From the NCBI GenBank assembly GCA_963677925.2, contig CAXXYH010000003.1, positions 1,472,001 through 1,536,000 of the forward strand: 64,000 nt of DNA, given 5' to 3'. Each line of letters starts with the position of its first letter. Position 1 is the first letter of the stretch. The position numbers and the translations under genes were made by a program. This stretch comes from Spirochaetia bacterium (lineage in GTDB: Bacteria; Spirochaetota; Spirochaetia; UBA9216). This document shows, piece by piece, positions 38,613 to 48,345 of the stretch. The notes under the pieces are model-generated. The model saw nothing but the letters and a program-made list of their open reading frames with translations, was not told where the DNA came from and did no database searches.

Positions 38613-40031
38613 ATGATGATGAAAACGCTGCAGACTAAAATTATGCTGAGCTTTCTGGTACTTAACCTGTTTATAATTTCCTTAATAAGCTTCAGTACCA
38701 CCAGGGGCTTTATCAACATCTCCGGAGCCTGGGCTCACAGACAGTCAACAGAAGCAGCTGCACTTCTTTCAGAATATTTCTCTGAAAATGAAAACCGGAA
38801 TTTCTTCACAGATGATAGAACCGGAGAGGACACTGCTGTTAAAGACTTCTGCGATTCAAGCCTGTCTGCGATACTGGTAAAACTTGAACTCTGGGATACA
38901 GAAAAGGTAAAGGTTTTCAGCTGGGAAACAGCAGCGCGGATAAGATCGGAGCATCCGAAAGACTACAGCGGTATAATCAGCAAATTAATCAATTATGAAC
39001 TGAGCAAAAATCCTGAATCTTCTGCTATAAAAAGCATCAACCCGATAATTGTAGAGGGTAAAATTGCGGGATACTGCTCAAGCCTTTCAACACCGCTTAT
39101 TGGTTTCGGATACACAAGTTTTTTTGATAAAATTTTTACTTCATCCTTCCTTACAGGAGTCATAATTTCTCTGATTCTATCGGTAATTATATCCATTCTC
39201 CTTTCATTCCAGATCAGCCGATCATCTTCACAGCTTGCAGGACAGCTCAGCGATCTGGCCGCGGGGAGACGTGATATTGTTTTTAACTATAATAAATCTT
39301 CCAAAGAGGTAAGAGCATCTTCAGTAGCTGCCGAAAGTCTGCAATCTCAGCTTATAAAGGATGACCTGATTCAGCAGAGATGGCTTGCCGATATTACTCA
39401 TGACCTTAAATCACCTGTAACCGCCCTTCGAAGCCAGCTTGATGCAGTCACTGCGGGCAGCCTTCCAATGAATGAACACAGACTGGAGATTCTTTCCGGC
39501 GAACTTGAGAAACTGACAGATCTTATCGCCTCACTTTCAGAACTCACATTTATGAAATCTGAAACAGGCTTTCTGAAACCGGAAACCTTCCCTCTTATTC
39601 CCTTCTGCGAGGATCTGTACAACCGCTTTGCAGCAGAAGCTCTTGTAAAAAACACCAGTCTGAACTTTAACCTTGATAATGCCCCCGAAACACTCACCGC
39701 AGACAGGGAATTGATGACAAGAGTTTTCAACAACCTTATTTCAAATGCCCTCATGCACAGCGATGAGGGCTTCGCTGTCAATCTAAGAATTTACAAAGCC
39801 GTCAGTTCTGTAATAATCGAAATAGAAAACAAGGGCTGTATAGGGGAAGAGGATCTTCAGCTTATTTTTAACAGGCTGTACAGAGGCAGTAATACAAAGA
39901 AGAAAGGCAGCGGTCTCGGCTTAAACATCACTAAAACCATTGTTGAAAAACACCACGGGAAAATAACAGCATTCAACACTAATCATGGAACCGTAATTTT
40001 CAGGGTAAGTCTGCCTGATTCAGTCAATTAA
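38613..40031 (+). CDS. Sensor histidine kinase (BaeS-like; 2 TM, HAMP, HisKA, HATPase)
   Basis: ITHDLKSP, NNLISNA, GSGLGL. The start is uncertain (ATG at 38592, 38613, 38616 or 38619). Confidence 0.9.
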   Translation: MMMKTLQTKIMLSFLVLNLFIISLISFSTTRGFINISGAWAHRQSTEAAALLSEYFSENENRNFFTDDRTGEDTAVKDFCDSSLSAILVKLELWDTEKVKVFSWETAARIRSEHPKDYSGIISKLINYELSKNPESSAIKSINPIIVEGKIAGYCSSLSTPLIGFGYTSFFDKIFTSSFLTGVIISLILSVIISILLSFQISRSSSQLAGQLSDLAAGRRDIVFNYNKSSKEVRASSVAAESLQSQLIKDDLIQQRWLADITHDLKSPVTALRSQLDAVTAGSLPMNEHRLEILSGELEKLTDLIASLSELTFMKSETGFLKPETFPLIPFCEDLYNRFAAEALVKNTSLNFNLDNAPETLTADRELMTRVFNNLISNALMHSDEGFAVNLRIYKAVSSVIIEIENKGCIGEEDLQLIFNRLYRGSNTKKKGSGLGLNITKTIVEKHHGKITAFNTNHGTVIFRVSLPDSVN

Positions 40032-40979
40032 ATCAGGACTTATGCTGTTTATAAATTCCTTGAGCCTGTCATAATACTTTTCACGGGAAACCATTACGCT
40101 TTTGACGTGGCGGGCTTTATCGACCAGAAAAAGCTCGGTCCTGTACTGATCTTTTCGTTTTTCATACATGGCAATCGACATTGAGGACGGAACGTAGCGG
40201 TCGCTCTTACCGTGAACAAGCAGCAGAGGAACATCTGTTTCCATAATATCCTCATCAGGCCGTACCGTATCTATATCAAAATTTGCCATAAGCCTTGTAA
40301 CAATTCTCATGCGGTAGAGCATGAAACGATGGTAGAATTTCGGAATATGATACCGCCGAAGCTGATACTCAAGCTCTTCAACCAGAGAGGAGTATGGACA
40401 GTCCGCAATTATAAAGTTCAGATTCTCGGCGATCTTCGCATACTGGAGAACAGTTGCCGCTCCCATAGACTCTCCGAAAACGCCGGCAATTTCAGTATCG
40501 GGGAAAATACTTCTCGAATAATCACGAATCGCTTTCAGATCATGCTTTTCAAAGTAGCCGTATGAAGGATATTTACCCTCACTCAGCCCGTGCGCCCGAT
40601 TGTCGTAGATAATAATATTCCAGCCTGAGCTCAGAAATGGTTTGATGTATTTAACCATACCCCAGCGGCTCCAGTTTATACCGTGACAGAAAATAATGGT
40701 TTTCTTTCCGCCCCTGCCCTGAAAACCGGGCGCAGGATAGGCATTACCGTCAAGCAGGTAGCCGAAGGGGGAATTTATACGAAACTTAATCCAGGTTTCC
40801 TCAATAGCGGCAGCCATGCTTCTGCTGTACTGCCCCCTCGAAATACCGTACTCTCTGAAATACTCATATTTTCTGCGGGATTTCAGCAGAAGCGCATGTA
40901 TAAAATAAAACATTAATGATGCATCAAGCAAAATGATAAAAAGTATTACCGCAACAAAAATCATAGAACTATAATACAC
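40020..40979 (-). CDS. Membrane-anchored alpha/beta hydrolase (YqkD-like)
   Basis: N-terminal TM; CHG, YDNRAHG, GESMG nucleophile, HGKSD, ARH. Confidence 0.9.
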   Translation of the reverse strand: MYYSSMIFVAVILFIILLDASLMFYFIHALLLKSRRKYEYFREYGISRGQYSRSMAAAIEETWIKFRINSPFGYLLDGNAYPAPGFQGRGGKKTIIFCHGINWSRWGMVKYIKPFLSSGWNIIIYDNRAHGLSEGKYPSYGYFEKHDLKAIRDYSRSIFPDTEIAGVFGESMGAATVLQYAKIAENLNFIIADCPYSSLVEELEYQLRRYHIPKFYHRFMLYRMRIVTRLMANFDIDTVRPDEDIMETDVPLLLVHGKSDRYVPSSMSIAMYEKRKDQYRTELFLVDKARHVKSVMVSREKYYDRLKEFINSISPDLID

Positions 40980-41044
40980 CTGTTAAGCATGCAAGTTAAC
41001 AAGAATCAGCCAAATTTTATTTGAATTCTTTACAAAGATTACTG

Positions 41045-41207
41045 AGCTTCTTGCAAAACTCGGTTAGTTTTGCAAGAAGCTTTGAAGCAAAATTTTACAT
41101 AATTATGTAAATTATTATACAATAAGCAATTGTAAAATTTTCTTCATTTACATTAAGGTAGCAATTTCAAAACTTTTATAGTTTGACTTTCTTAGTTTTG
41201 AAATTGC
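41045..41207. repeat. Cluster of three inverted repeats
   Basis: AGCTTCTTGCAAAACT-cggtt-AGTTTTGCAAGAAGCT (41045-41081), TTTACATAATTATGTAAA (41094-41111), GCAATTTCAAAACT-N19-AGTTTTGAAATTGC (41161-41207). Confidence 0.75.
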
Positions 41208-41208
41208 C

Positions 41209-42246
41209 TCACTGTATACTCTTAAATAGCGCATCAATATTCTCAGGCGGAATATCAGGCAGAATGGCTTCATGACTGGGCGATATTATCAGTCCTGTAG
41301 GAAACAGCTTCTTGAGTTCTGCAACCTTTTTACCTACATCATCCGCATTGCCTTTTACAAGCAGATACTGAGCATCCACCCCGCCGCAGAATGAAACCCT
41401 GTCGCCGAATTCATCCTTCAGTGAATACGGATCCATCCCCTTGGCCAGAGCCTGAATAGGATGCACGGCATCCACACCGCATTCGATCAAATCTTCAATA
41501 ATAGGTCTGATCGAACCGCAGGAATGGTGAATAACCTTCAGCCCGTAACGGTGGGCCTGCTCAACCAGCTTCCTTGTTCCGGGCAGAACAAAATCACGAA
41601 TCATATCTGCCGACAGCATCAGGCTCTCCTGACTGCCCAGATCGTTTCCTATAAGAACGGCATGCAGCTTTCCTTCTGTTGCCTTGTAAAAAATCTCATT
41701 GGCTTCAAGATAGAAATCAAGTATACGGTCTATTACCACCCTGAACATCTCGGGCTCAAGCACCATCTTCATAAGTGCTGTTTCCATTCCGAAGGCTGCG
41801 CAGGCATCCTGAAAGTGGGCGGACCATACAACTCCTAGAACTGCCTTATCTGCAGGCGCTGCTTCAACTGCAGCCGCACATTCAGCTGGATCTATATATT
41901 TTGAAGGCACAGGCCAGTCAAAATCATCTATCTTTGATGGGTCGGAATAATCTTCAAAAAAACCGGCTGCAGTCAGAGTCCGTTCATAATCATCATCCCT
42001 GTCGGTTTCAAAGTCCTTCGCAAAATCAAAGGCGGCATAGATTGCGTTGCTTGTAGGTGAATGGTAAGGCAGTTCCACCGGATAAATATCATCATTAACA
42101 GCCTTAGTCATCTCTTCAATATTACTTATTTTAAAATATTCCAGCAGCGACTGATGGGCATCAGGAACCGGAAGTCCCAGCCAGCTTGCCGGATAATCAA
42201 CCGGCTTTCTCTCTATCGTTGCATAAAATCGTTCCAAATGCGTCAT
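41209..42246 (-). CDS. Uroporphyrinogen decarboxylase/MtaA-CmuA (MT2)-superfamily protein
   Basis: GNDLGSQ, HHSCG, HPIQ, FCGGVD, SPSHEA motifs. Confidence 0.85.
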   Translation of the reverse strand: MTHLERFYATIERKPVDYPASWLGLPVPDAHQSLLEYFKISNIEEMTKAVNDDIYPVELPYHSPTSNAIYAAFDFAKDFETDRDDDYERTLTAAGFFEDYSDPSKIDDFDWPVPSKYIDPAECAAAVEAAPADKAVLGVVWSAHFQDACAAFGMETALMKMVLEPEMFRVVIDRILDFYLEANEIFYKATEGKLHAVLIGNDLGSQESLMLSADMIRDFVLPGTRKLVEQAHRYGLKVIHHSCGSIRPIIEDLIECGVDAVHPIQALAKGMDPYSLKDEFGDRVSFCGGVDAQYLLVKGNADDVGKKVAELKKLFPTGLIISPSHEAILPDIPPENIDALFKSIQ

Positions 42247-42256
42247 ACTAATCTCC

Positions 42257-43423
42257 TTACAGTTCCGGAATATCGTACTCTCCGAGATTCAGAGGATAGT
42301 TACCGTATTTCCGGACCAGATCTACTACAAATTCATACCTTTCAGCACTTACGTTACTAGGTACGGAATGATCAGACTGAACAATGTATCCGCCTCCCTT
42401 GGCGGCATTCATCTTTGTAAGAACTTCCTGCTTAAGCTGATCAAGCGGAGCGGTTCCCCAGTTCAATGCGTCAATGTTTCCGCAGAAACCCATATCATGC
42501 CCGTACTGTTTTCTAAGCTCGACTACATTCAGGCCCGATTTGGCCTCAAGCGGGTTGTATGCATCAAGCCCCATTTCAATAAAATCCCTGTAAATGGCCG
42601 AGGCATTGCCGCAGCCGTGATATATAACCGGAAGATTCTTAGAGTGACAGTAATCAATTATCGCTTTCACTCCCGGTTTAAAATGCTGTCTCCAAAACTC
42701 CGGAGAAAACAGCATTCCGTTTACATATGCAACATCGCCCCAGATCACCATGCCGTCAAGCATACCGTCGGCAGCCTTAATCTGGGCCTTCGCAAGCTCA
42801 AGGGTAAACTCGTTTACCCGGCTGATAAACCTGCCCAGCTCTTCTGGGTAGAGGCCCATCCAGAGCATCATGTTCTCAGAGCCGATAATCCTCCAGCCTT
42901 CCTCATGTCCTTCACAGACCGAACCGTATACCGGAAAGTCAGGATGGAATGATTTAACAGTATCGATCCAGGGAGGACTGTTCCGTGAGACAACTTCGGA
43001 AACACCTGCAATCTGATTGTCGCCGCCCTTGAAGTATCTGCGCTCATCCCAGGGGTCATCAAATTCAAATGCCATCATTTTATCGATGGTATCGGTTTCA
43101 AAATGTTCAAAATACGGCATCTGCCTTCCGTCCCGATGCCGTATGACAGCTTCAAAACCGGTCCGTACTACCATATCTCCGTCGCTGTCCGATATGATCT
43201 CAAAATCCTTGATATGGGGATCCATATTCGGGGTTGTTGCAACCCAGTCGAGATCATAATGGTAATAGGGACTGGCATCTTTCGGGAGTCCAAGCTCCTG
43301 CTGCCACCGCTGAATAAAGGTAAGCCAGAAGAAGTCGCTTAACGGCACCCTGTCGGGCTCCTTATGCGCCAGAGCGGTATTCATCCTGTTCAGTTTTTTC
43401 AAACAGTTTTCCGTTCTTTTCAC
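42257..43423 (-). CDS. Uroporphyrinogen decarboxylase/MT2-superfamily protein
   Basis: EPDRVP, WGDVAY, YHGCG, NPLE, FCGNID, QSDHSVP; GTG start after GGAGG. Confidence 0.85.
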   Translation of the reverse strand: MKRTENCLKKLNRMNTALAHKEPDRVPLSDFFWLTFIQRWQQELGLPKDASPYYHYDLDWVATTPNMDPHIKDFEIISDSDGDMVVRTGFEAVIRHRDGRQMPYFEHFETDTIDKMMAFEFDDPWDERRYFKGGDNQIAGVSEVVSRNSPPWIDTVKSFHPDFPVYGSVCEGHEEGWRIIGSENMMLWMGLYPEELGRFISRVNEFTLELAKAQIKAADGMLDGMVIWGDVAYVNGMLFSPEFWRQHFKPGVKAIIDYCHSKNLPVIYHGCGNASAIYRDFIEMGLDAYNPLEAKSGLNVVELRKQYGHDMGFCGNIDALNWGTAPLDQLKQEVLTKMNAAKGGGYIVQSDHSVPSNVSAERYEFVVDLVRKYGNYPLNLGEYDIPEL

Positions 43424-43448
43424 CGCTTACCTCCGTCCGTTTACTATA

Positions 43449-43485
43449 GCTGACCGCGGCAGCTGCTTTTGCCGCCGCAGTCAGC
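43449..43485 (-). repeat. GC-rich stem-loop after binding-protein gene (mRNA stabiliser or attenuator)
   Basis: GCTGACTGCGGCGGC-N7-GCTGCCGCGGTCAGC on the minus strand, with no U-tail. Confidence 0.65.
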
Positions 43486-43499
43486 AATGTTCGTATCTC

Positions 43500-44702
43500 C
43501 TACCACTGAGGAGGATAGAATTCTTCTACGTCGTCGATTGTGATCATGTGCTGAGGCAGGTAGCGTACAGGAGGAATGTCCTTTCCGTTGAACCAGTCAG
43601 CAGCTGTTTTTACGGCAAGGGCGCCGTCGCCTTCTGCAGTCTGATATGTAATAGCATAGAGTTTTCCGTCTTTAACGAGGTCCATACCGACCTTACTGTT
43701 ACCGGCTGCAACTACTACAACATCTTCACGTCCTGCTTTCTTGAGAGCTTCAAAGATTCCAAGAGCCTGGGCTGAATCGTCAGCTGCACAGATACCTTTA
43801 AGATCATCGCCGAATCTTGTGAGCCAGTCGGAAACAAGCTGCATAGTCTTGTCTGCCTCAAATCCTGGAGCCTGCTTGTCAAGAACCTTGATATTGGGAG
43901 CGTACTGTGAGAGTTCGGAAATTGGTCCCCAGCATCTTGAGAAGTAGGGAGATCCGCCGGGTGCATGCTGAATGTATGCAACTCCGCCTTCCTTGCCGAG
44001 CTTATCTGCCCAGAGTTTAGAAAGGATTCTGAACTGGCCGAAATCATCAGGACCTGTCCATGCAATTGCGTAATCCATTGCCTTGGCATCCGGAAGTGTA
44101 TTGAAAAGAATTAAAGGAACGCCGGCCTGATTGATTTTTCTTGCCTGCTGAGGTGCAGTTTTTGCATCAAGCGGGATAAGAAGGATCATGTCGGGTCTTT
44201 CATTGATTGACTGGTCGATCATCTGGTTCTGCACTGCAAGGTCCCAGTTAGGTGACAGTATTTTTATATCCATCTGGTATGCATCGGCAACCTTCTGAGC
44301 TCCGGTTGTACATGCGGTTGTCCAGGGATGGTCACCGTGCACGATCATGATAACCTTTTTACCAATTGCTCCGTCTTTGGGTGATTCAGGAATATTTGTT
44401 TTATTTGTAATCCATCCGGCAAATTCCATATCCCACCAGTGCAGGGGATCAGTTTCAGGAAGTGCTGCGGGATCAGCCGGTCTGGCAGGTACTTCGCGTA
44501 CTGCTCCGCCTACTTTAATAAGCGGCTGGCCGTCTGCTGCTGTAAGCGCATCAGCTGTCTTATCAAGAGCGAGTGAAGCTTCAAGATTACCGCTTCCGCC
44601 TGATGTTTTTGTTTCCTGCTGTCCTCCGGCAGTCAGGTTTCCTGCAACTGTAAAAACAAGAAGCAGGGCGCAGAAAAGAGTTAAAAGTCTTTTCATTTTC
44701 AT
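43500..44702 (-). CDS. Sugar ABC substrate-binding protein with N-terminal extension
   Basis: Leader ending LTAGGQQE; RbsB-like core (HPWT...DQSINERPD...AADD...AAGNS). Confidence 0.88.
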   Translation of the reverse strand: MKMKRLLTLFCALLLVFTVAGNLTAGGQQETKTSGGSGNLEASLALDKTADALTAADGQPLIKVGGAVREVPARPADPAALPETDPLHWWDMEFAGWITNKTNIPESPKDGAIGKKVIMIVHGDHPWTTACTTGAQKVADAYQMDIKILSPNWDLAVQNQMIDQSINERPDMILLIPLDAKTAPQQARKINQAGVPLILFNTLPDAKAMDYAIAWTGPDDFGQFRILSKLWADKLGKEGGVAYIQHAPGGSPYFSRCWGPISELSQYAPNIKVLDKQAPGFEADKTMQLVSDWLTRFGDDLKGICAADDSAQALGIFEALKKAGREDVVVVAAGNSKVGMDLVKDGKLYAITYQTAEGDGALAVKTAADWFNGKDIPPVRYLPQHMITIDDVEEFYPPQW

Positions 44703-44733
44703 CCTCCAATTTTAATGGTTATTCCAAAAGGTA

Positions 44734-45762
44734 TTAAACCTGATTTTGGACTGCTGCCAGTTCCTTCATCAGTTCAGGACGCTGGCCGATAACTTTTTCG
44801 TGTTTGTATGCAACATAGGCTTCATACAGAACAACGAAGGCAAGAATAATTCCCGCTATAAAAATCTTTACTTCATTTCCGAGACCGAAAAGGATAATTC
44901 CATTATAAAGAACATCTAGCATCAGGATTGCTACGAAGGTCTTGAATACTCCGCCTTTTCCGCCGGACATTGAAGTTCCTCCGATTATTGTAGCGGATAG
45001 AACATACATAAGTGAGGAAGTTCCCATATTAAGGGTTGCTGCGGCACTTTCCATTGCGAAAAGAACTCCGCCTATACCGGCCATAACACCGGAGATCACA
45101 AAGGCTGCTATTGTATATTTATCAGTATCGATACCGGCAAGCCAGGCAGTCTGGCTGTTTCCGCCGACCATGTAGAAGTTACGTCCCGTTCTGGTCTTCC
45201 GCATGAAAATTGATGCTCCGGCAACAAGTAATAAAGTTATAATAACCCTGGGTGTTGCAAGGGGAAAAATCATCTTAGCCAGCCAGTCAGACACCGCAAA
45301 GGCATCGTCTGTAGAAAGACTAACCGAGTTTCCCCCTGTAAAGGTATAAATTGCGCCCTGCAGCACAGTCATCATTCCAAGGGTTACAATAAACGAACTG
45401 ATTTTAGCCTTTGACACAAGCAGTCCGTTTATCAGTCCGATTAGACCTCCTGCTATAATTGCCGCAGGAACTGAACCGCCGTATCCCAGGTATTCCTTGA
45501 GACCAAGCCCCAGGATTCCGGTGAATGTAACAATTGTACCAATTGAAAGATCAAGCTGACCGACAATAAGGATTACCGTAAAGCCGATTGCAACAACTGC
45601 GTTCATAGACATAGTCCGCATTATCGTGGTCAGGTTGAACACGTTGAAGAAACGCGGAGCAAAGAGAGCCATGATAATGAACACTATTCCGAACAGAATG
45701 TATATTCTGTTTTTATCTACTATAGTTAAAATTGAATTCTTCTTGTTTTTAAGCATCGTCAC
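44734..45762 (-). CDS. Sugar ABC permease
   Basis: LDLSIG, GGNSQTAWLAG, IIGGTS motifs. Confidence 0.92.
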   Translation of the reverse strand: MTMLKNKKNSILTIVDKNRIYILFGIVFIIMALFAPRFFNVFNLTTIMRTMSMNAVVAIGFTVILIVGQLDLSIGTIVTFTGILGLGLKEYLGYGGSVPAAIIAGGLIGLINGLLVSKAKISSFIVTLGMMTVLQGAIYTFTGGNSVSLSTDDAFAVSDWLAKMIFPLATPRVIITLLLVAGASIFMRKTRTGRNFYMVGGNSQTAWLAGIDTDKYTIAAFVISGVMAGIGGVLFAMESAAATLNMGTSSLMYVLSATIIGGTSMSGGKGGVFKTFVAILMLDVLYNGIILFGLGNEVKIFIAGIILAFVVLYEAYVAYKHEKVIGQRPELMKELAAVQNQV

Positions 45763-46810
45763 GCCCCAGAGATCTCAGAGATTTAGCATTTATACCGACT
45801 ACGATTATGAATATCGCTCCGCGGATCATGTCCTGAGAGAAGGTTCCGACACCGAGCAGTGTCATGATATTATTCATAAGTCCGATTATAAGCACACCGC
45901 CGAGCACTCCGATTATTGAACCGCGTCCGCCGGCAAGGGTCATTCCGCCGATAACTATTGCGGTTACAGCCTTAAAATCGTAGCCTTCACCGTTGTAGTA
46001 GGCACCGACCCTGGAAAGCGAAGTTATTGTCAGCCCGCCGAGTGTGGCTGTAAGTGCACAGATAATAAAGCTTAGTCCGATAACTCTTTCAACATTAACA
46101 CCTGAAAACTTTGCTGCCTTTCTTGAGGCTCCGGTCATCTTAAGCTGCTGGCCGTACTTTGTTTTCTTCATTATAAAGTTCATTACAATCACAAGGATCA
46201 CTAGAAAGACTACAGGCAGTGCTATCTTGTTGAAGAAGCGCAGACGGTAGATGTTGTCAAACAGCTCACTGGCACGCTGAGTTTTTGCGATCATATCCGG
46301 ATAGATCTGTTTGTTGACCCATACCAGCCTTATAACACCAAGTGTTACATAGTTAACAGCCAGGGTCCAGATTATCGGATTTGCCTTGAACTTTCCTACT
46401 GCAACTGCATTTATAAGACCAATAACTATGCCGGTTGCAAAGGCGGCAATCAGGGCAGGTACAAAGCCGAACTGAAGCATCTGAACGGCAACGATACCGG
46501 TCAGCGCCATGGTTGTCGGAACCGACAGGTCGGCATAGTGGCCGGAATAAGTGATAAAGGCCATTCCGACAGCTACGATTCCAAGCATTGAAACCGCATC
46601 AATAATGTTGAGCATATTCTGCGGAGTCATGAAGTTGTTGATGACTCCCAGAAGCTGCAGAATGATTCCGAGAATCAGGAACATTGCCGCAACTGCATAA
46701 ATGCCTATGCCGTGAAAAATCTTTCCTATAATGCTGTAACTTGTTGCCCTTCTGTCTGCGGGCTGCGTTACCTTCTGTTTTTCCTTTTCCATCACCTGTG
46801 TCTCACTCAT
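45749..46810 (-). CDS. Sugar ABC permease
   Basis: ADLSVP, GASRKAAKFSG, AIVIGG motifs. Confidence 0.92.
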   Translation of the reverse strand: MSETQVMEKEKQKVTQPADRRATSYSIIGKIFHGIGIYAVAAMFLILGIILQLLGVINNFMTPQNMLNIIDAVSMLGIVAVGMAFITYSGHYADLSVPTTMALTGIVAVQMLQFGFVPALIAAFATGIVIGLINAVAVGKFKANPIIWTLAVNYVTLGVIRLVWVNKQIYPDMIAKTQRASELFDNIYRLRFFNKIALPVVFLVILVIVMNFIMKKTKYGQQLKMTGASRKAAKFSGVNVERVIGLSFIICALTATLGGLTITSLSRVGAYYNGEGYDFKAVTAIVIGGMTLAGGRGSIIGVLGGVLIIGLMNNIMTLLGVGTFSQDMIRGAIFIIVVGINAKSLRSLGRDDA

Positions 46811-48315
46811 TATATTCCCTCACCATTAGCCGCGAGGAGAACGCTTTCCTCTGTACAGGCAGCCTGATCCATTTCGTGAATGATATGTCCCTGCCTCATA
46901 ATCAGAACCCTGTTTGAAAGAGAGACAAGCTCAGGCAGGTCTGAAGATATAAGCAGTACGGTAGTACCGTTGGCTGCCAGTTTTTCGATAGACTCATGGA
47001 TTGTCATCTTTGCACCGATATCAACACCGCGGGTCGGCTCATCCAGAATGAGGACCTTCGGATCGAGGGCTATCCATTTGGCAAGAAGCACCTTCTGCTG
47101 ATTTCCTCCGGAGAGGTTGCCGGTAATTCTTGATGCATCAGGCGGATAAATAAGCAGTTCCTTTATAAGCTCCTGCATCCGCTCAAGTCCCTCATTCTCA
47201 TGGTAGATTCCGGCCCTGGTAAGCTTGGGGACTATGCCGGCAAGGATGTTCTCCTTGATATCAAGTCTTAATGCAAGGCCTTCGGTTTTGCGGTTCTCGG
47301 TAAGATAGGTTATTCCCTCATCAAGGGCCTGAGCCATCGTTTTGGGATTGATTTCTTTACCGTCTATAAACACCTTCCCTTCATGGCGGTCATCAAGCCC
47401 TACAAGAACCCTTGCAATCTCGCTTCGTCCGGCACCCGAAAGTCCGCAGATACCGAGGATCTCACCCTTCTTTGCTGTAAAGGATACATTATGGAAGAAA
47501 CCGTGCCGGGAAAGGTTCTCAACCTTCAGCCGTTCCTCATCTGTTGCATGGCTTTCATGAGAGTAGAACTCCTTAACAGAGTGTCCGACCATCATCTGAA
47601 CCAGTTCTTCACTGCTTACAGTATCTATATCACGGGTATCAATCTTTTTACCGTCCCGCATTACAGTTACCCTGTCGGCCACCTCAAAAATCTCAGGCAG
47701 GTGGTGCGAAATATAGATGATTGCAAGTCCGCGATTTTTCAGCTTTTTAATGATGTCAAAAAGCCGTTCAACCTCTTCACGCGAAAGAGCTGATGTAGGT
47801 TCATCCATTACCAGGATACAGGGATTGTTTCCAAGCGCCTTGCCTATCTCGACAAGCTGACTCTCATGCTGACTTATTTCTTCGATTTCAAGATCAGGAT
47901 CAAGATGTTCAAGACCAACCTGTTTCAAACAGCGCTTAGTCTCTTTATAGATTTTTTCCTTATCAAGAAAGAGTCCCTTCTTCGGAAGTCTGCCGACCAG
48001 AACATTTTCTGAAATACTCAGAGGCAATGCCAGGCTGAGTTCCTGGTAAATCATTTCTATTCCGTTTTTTTTAGACTGCACCGGTGAGTGCAGAGTCGTC
48101 TCTTTTGAGCCTATGAATATACTGCCGGTGTAATCATTAAAAGAACCGGCTATTATCTTCATAAGCGTTGATTTTCCTGCTCCGTTTTCACCGATAAGGG
48201 CATGAACCTCTCCGGCACGGACATCAAAATCAACATTGTCTACAGCAAGTGTTCCGGGAAAACTCTTGCTGACCCCCTTCATCTGAAGGGCTATTCCAAA
48301 ATTCTCACTACTCAC
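46810..48315 (-). CDS. Sugar ABC ATP-binding protein
   Basis: GENGAGKS, LSGGNQQK, DEPTRGVDIGAK motifs. Confidence 0.95.
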   Translation of the reverse strand: MSSENFGIALQMKGVSKSFPGTLAVDNVDFDVRAGEVHALIGENGAGKSTLMKIIAGSFNDYTGSIFIGSKETTLHSPVQSKKNGIEMIYQELSLALPLSISENVLVGRLPKKGLFLDKEKIYKETKRCLKQVGLEHLDPDLEIEEISQHESQLVEIGKALGNNPCILVMDEPTSALSREEVERLFDIIKKLKNRGLAIIYISHHLPEIFEVADRVTVMRDGKKIDTRDIDTVSSEELVQMMVGHSVKEFYSHESHATDEERLKVENLSRHGFFHNVSFTAKKGEILGICGLSGAGRSEIARVLVGLDDRHEGKVFIDGKEINPKTMAQALDEGITYLTENRKTEGLALRLDIKENILAGIVPKLTRAGIYHENEGLERMQELIKELLIYPPDASRITGNLSGGNQQKVLLAKWIALDPKVLILDEPTRGVDIGAKMTIHESIEKLAANGTTVLLISSDLPELVSLSNRVLIMRQGHIIHEMDQAACTEESVLLAANGEGI

Positions 48316-48345
48316 ATCAAACCCTCATTCCTGTTTAATGCACCC

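Noticed and set aside
41209-43423. Annotation as hemE (haem biosynthesis)
   Set aside because: The N-terminal RQAGR motif of true URO-D is absent, a metal H-x-C motif is present, and there are no hem genes nearby.
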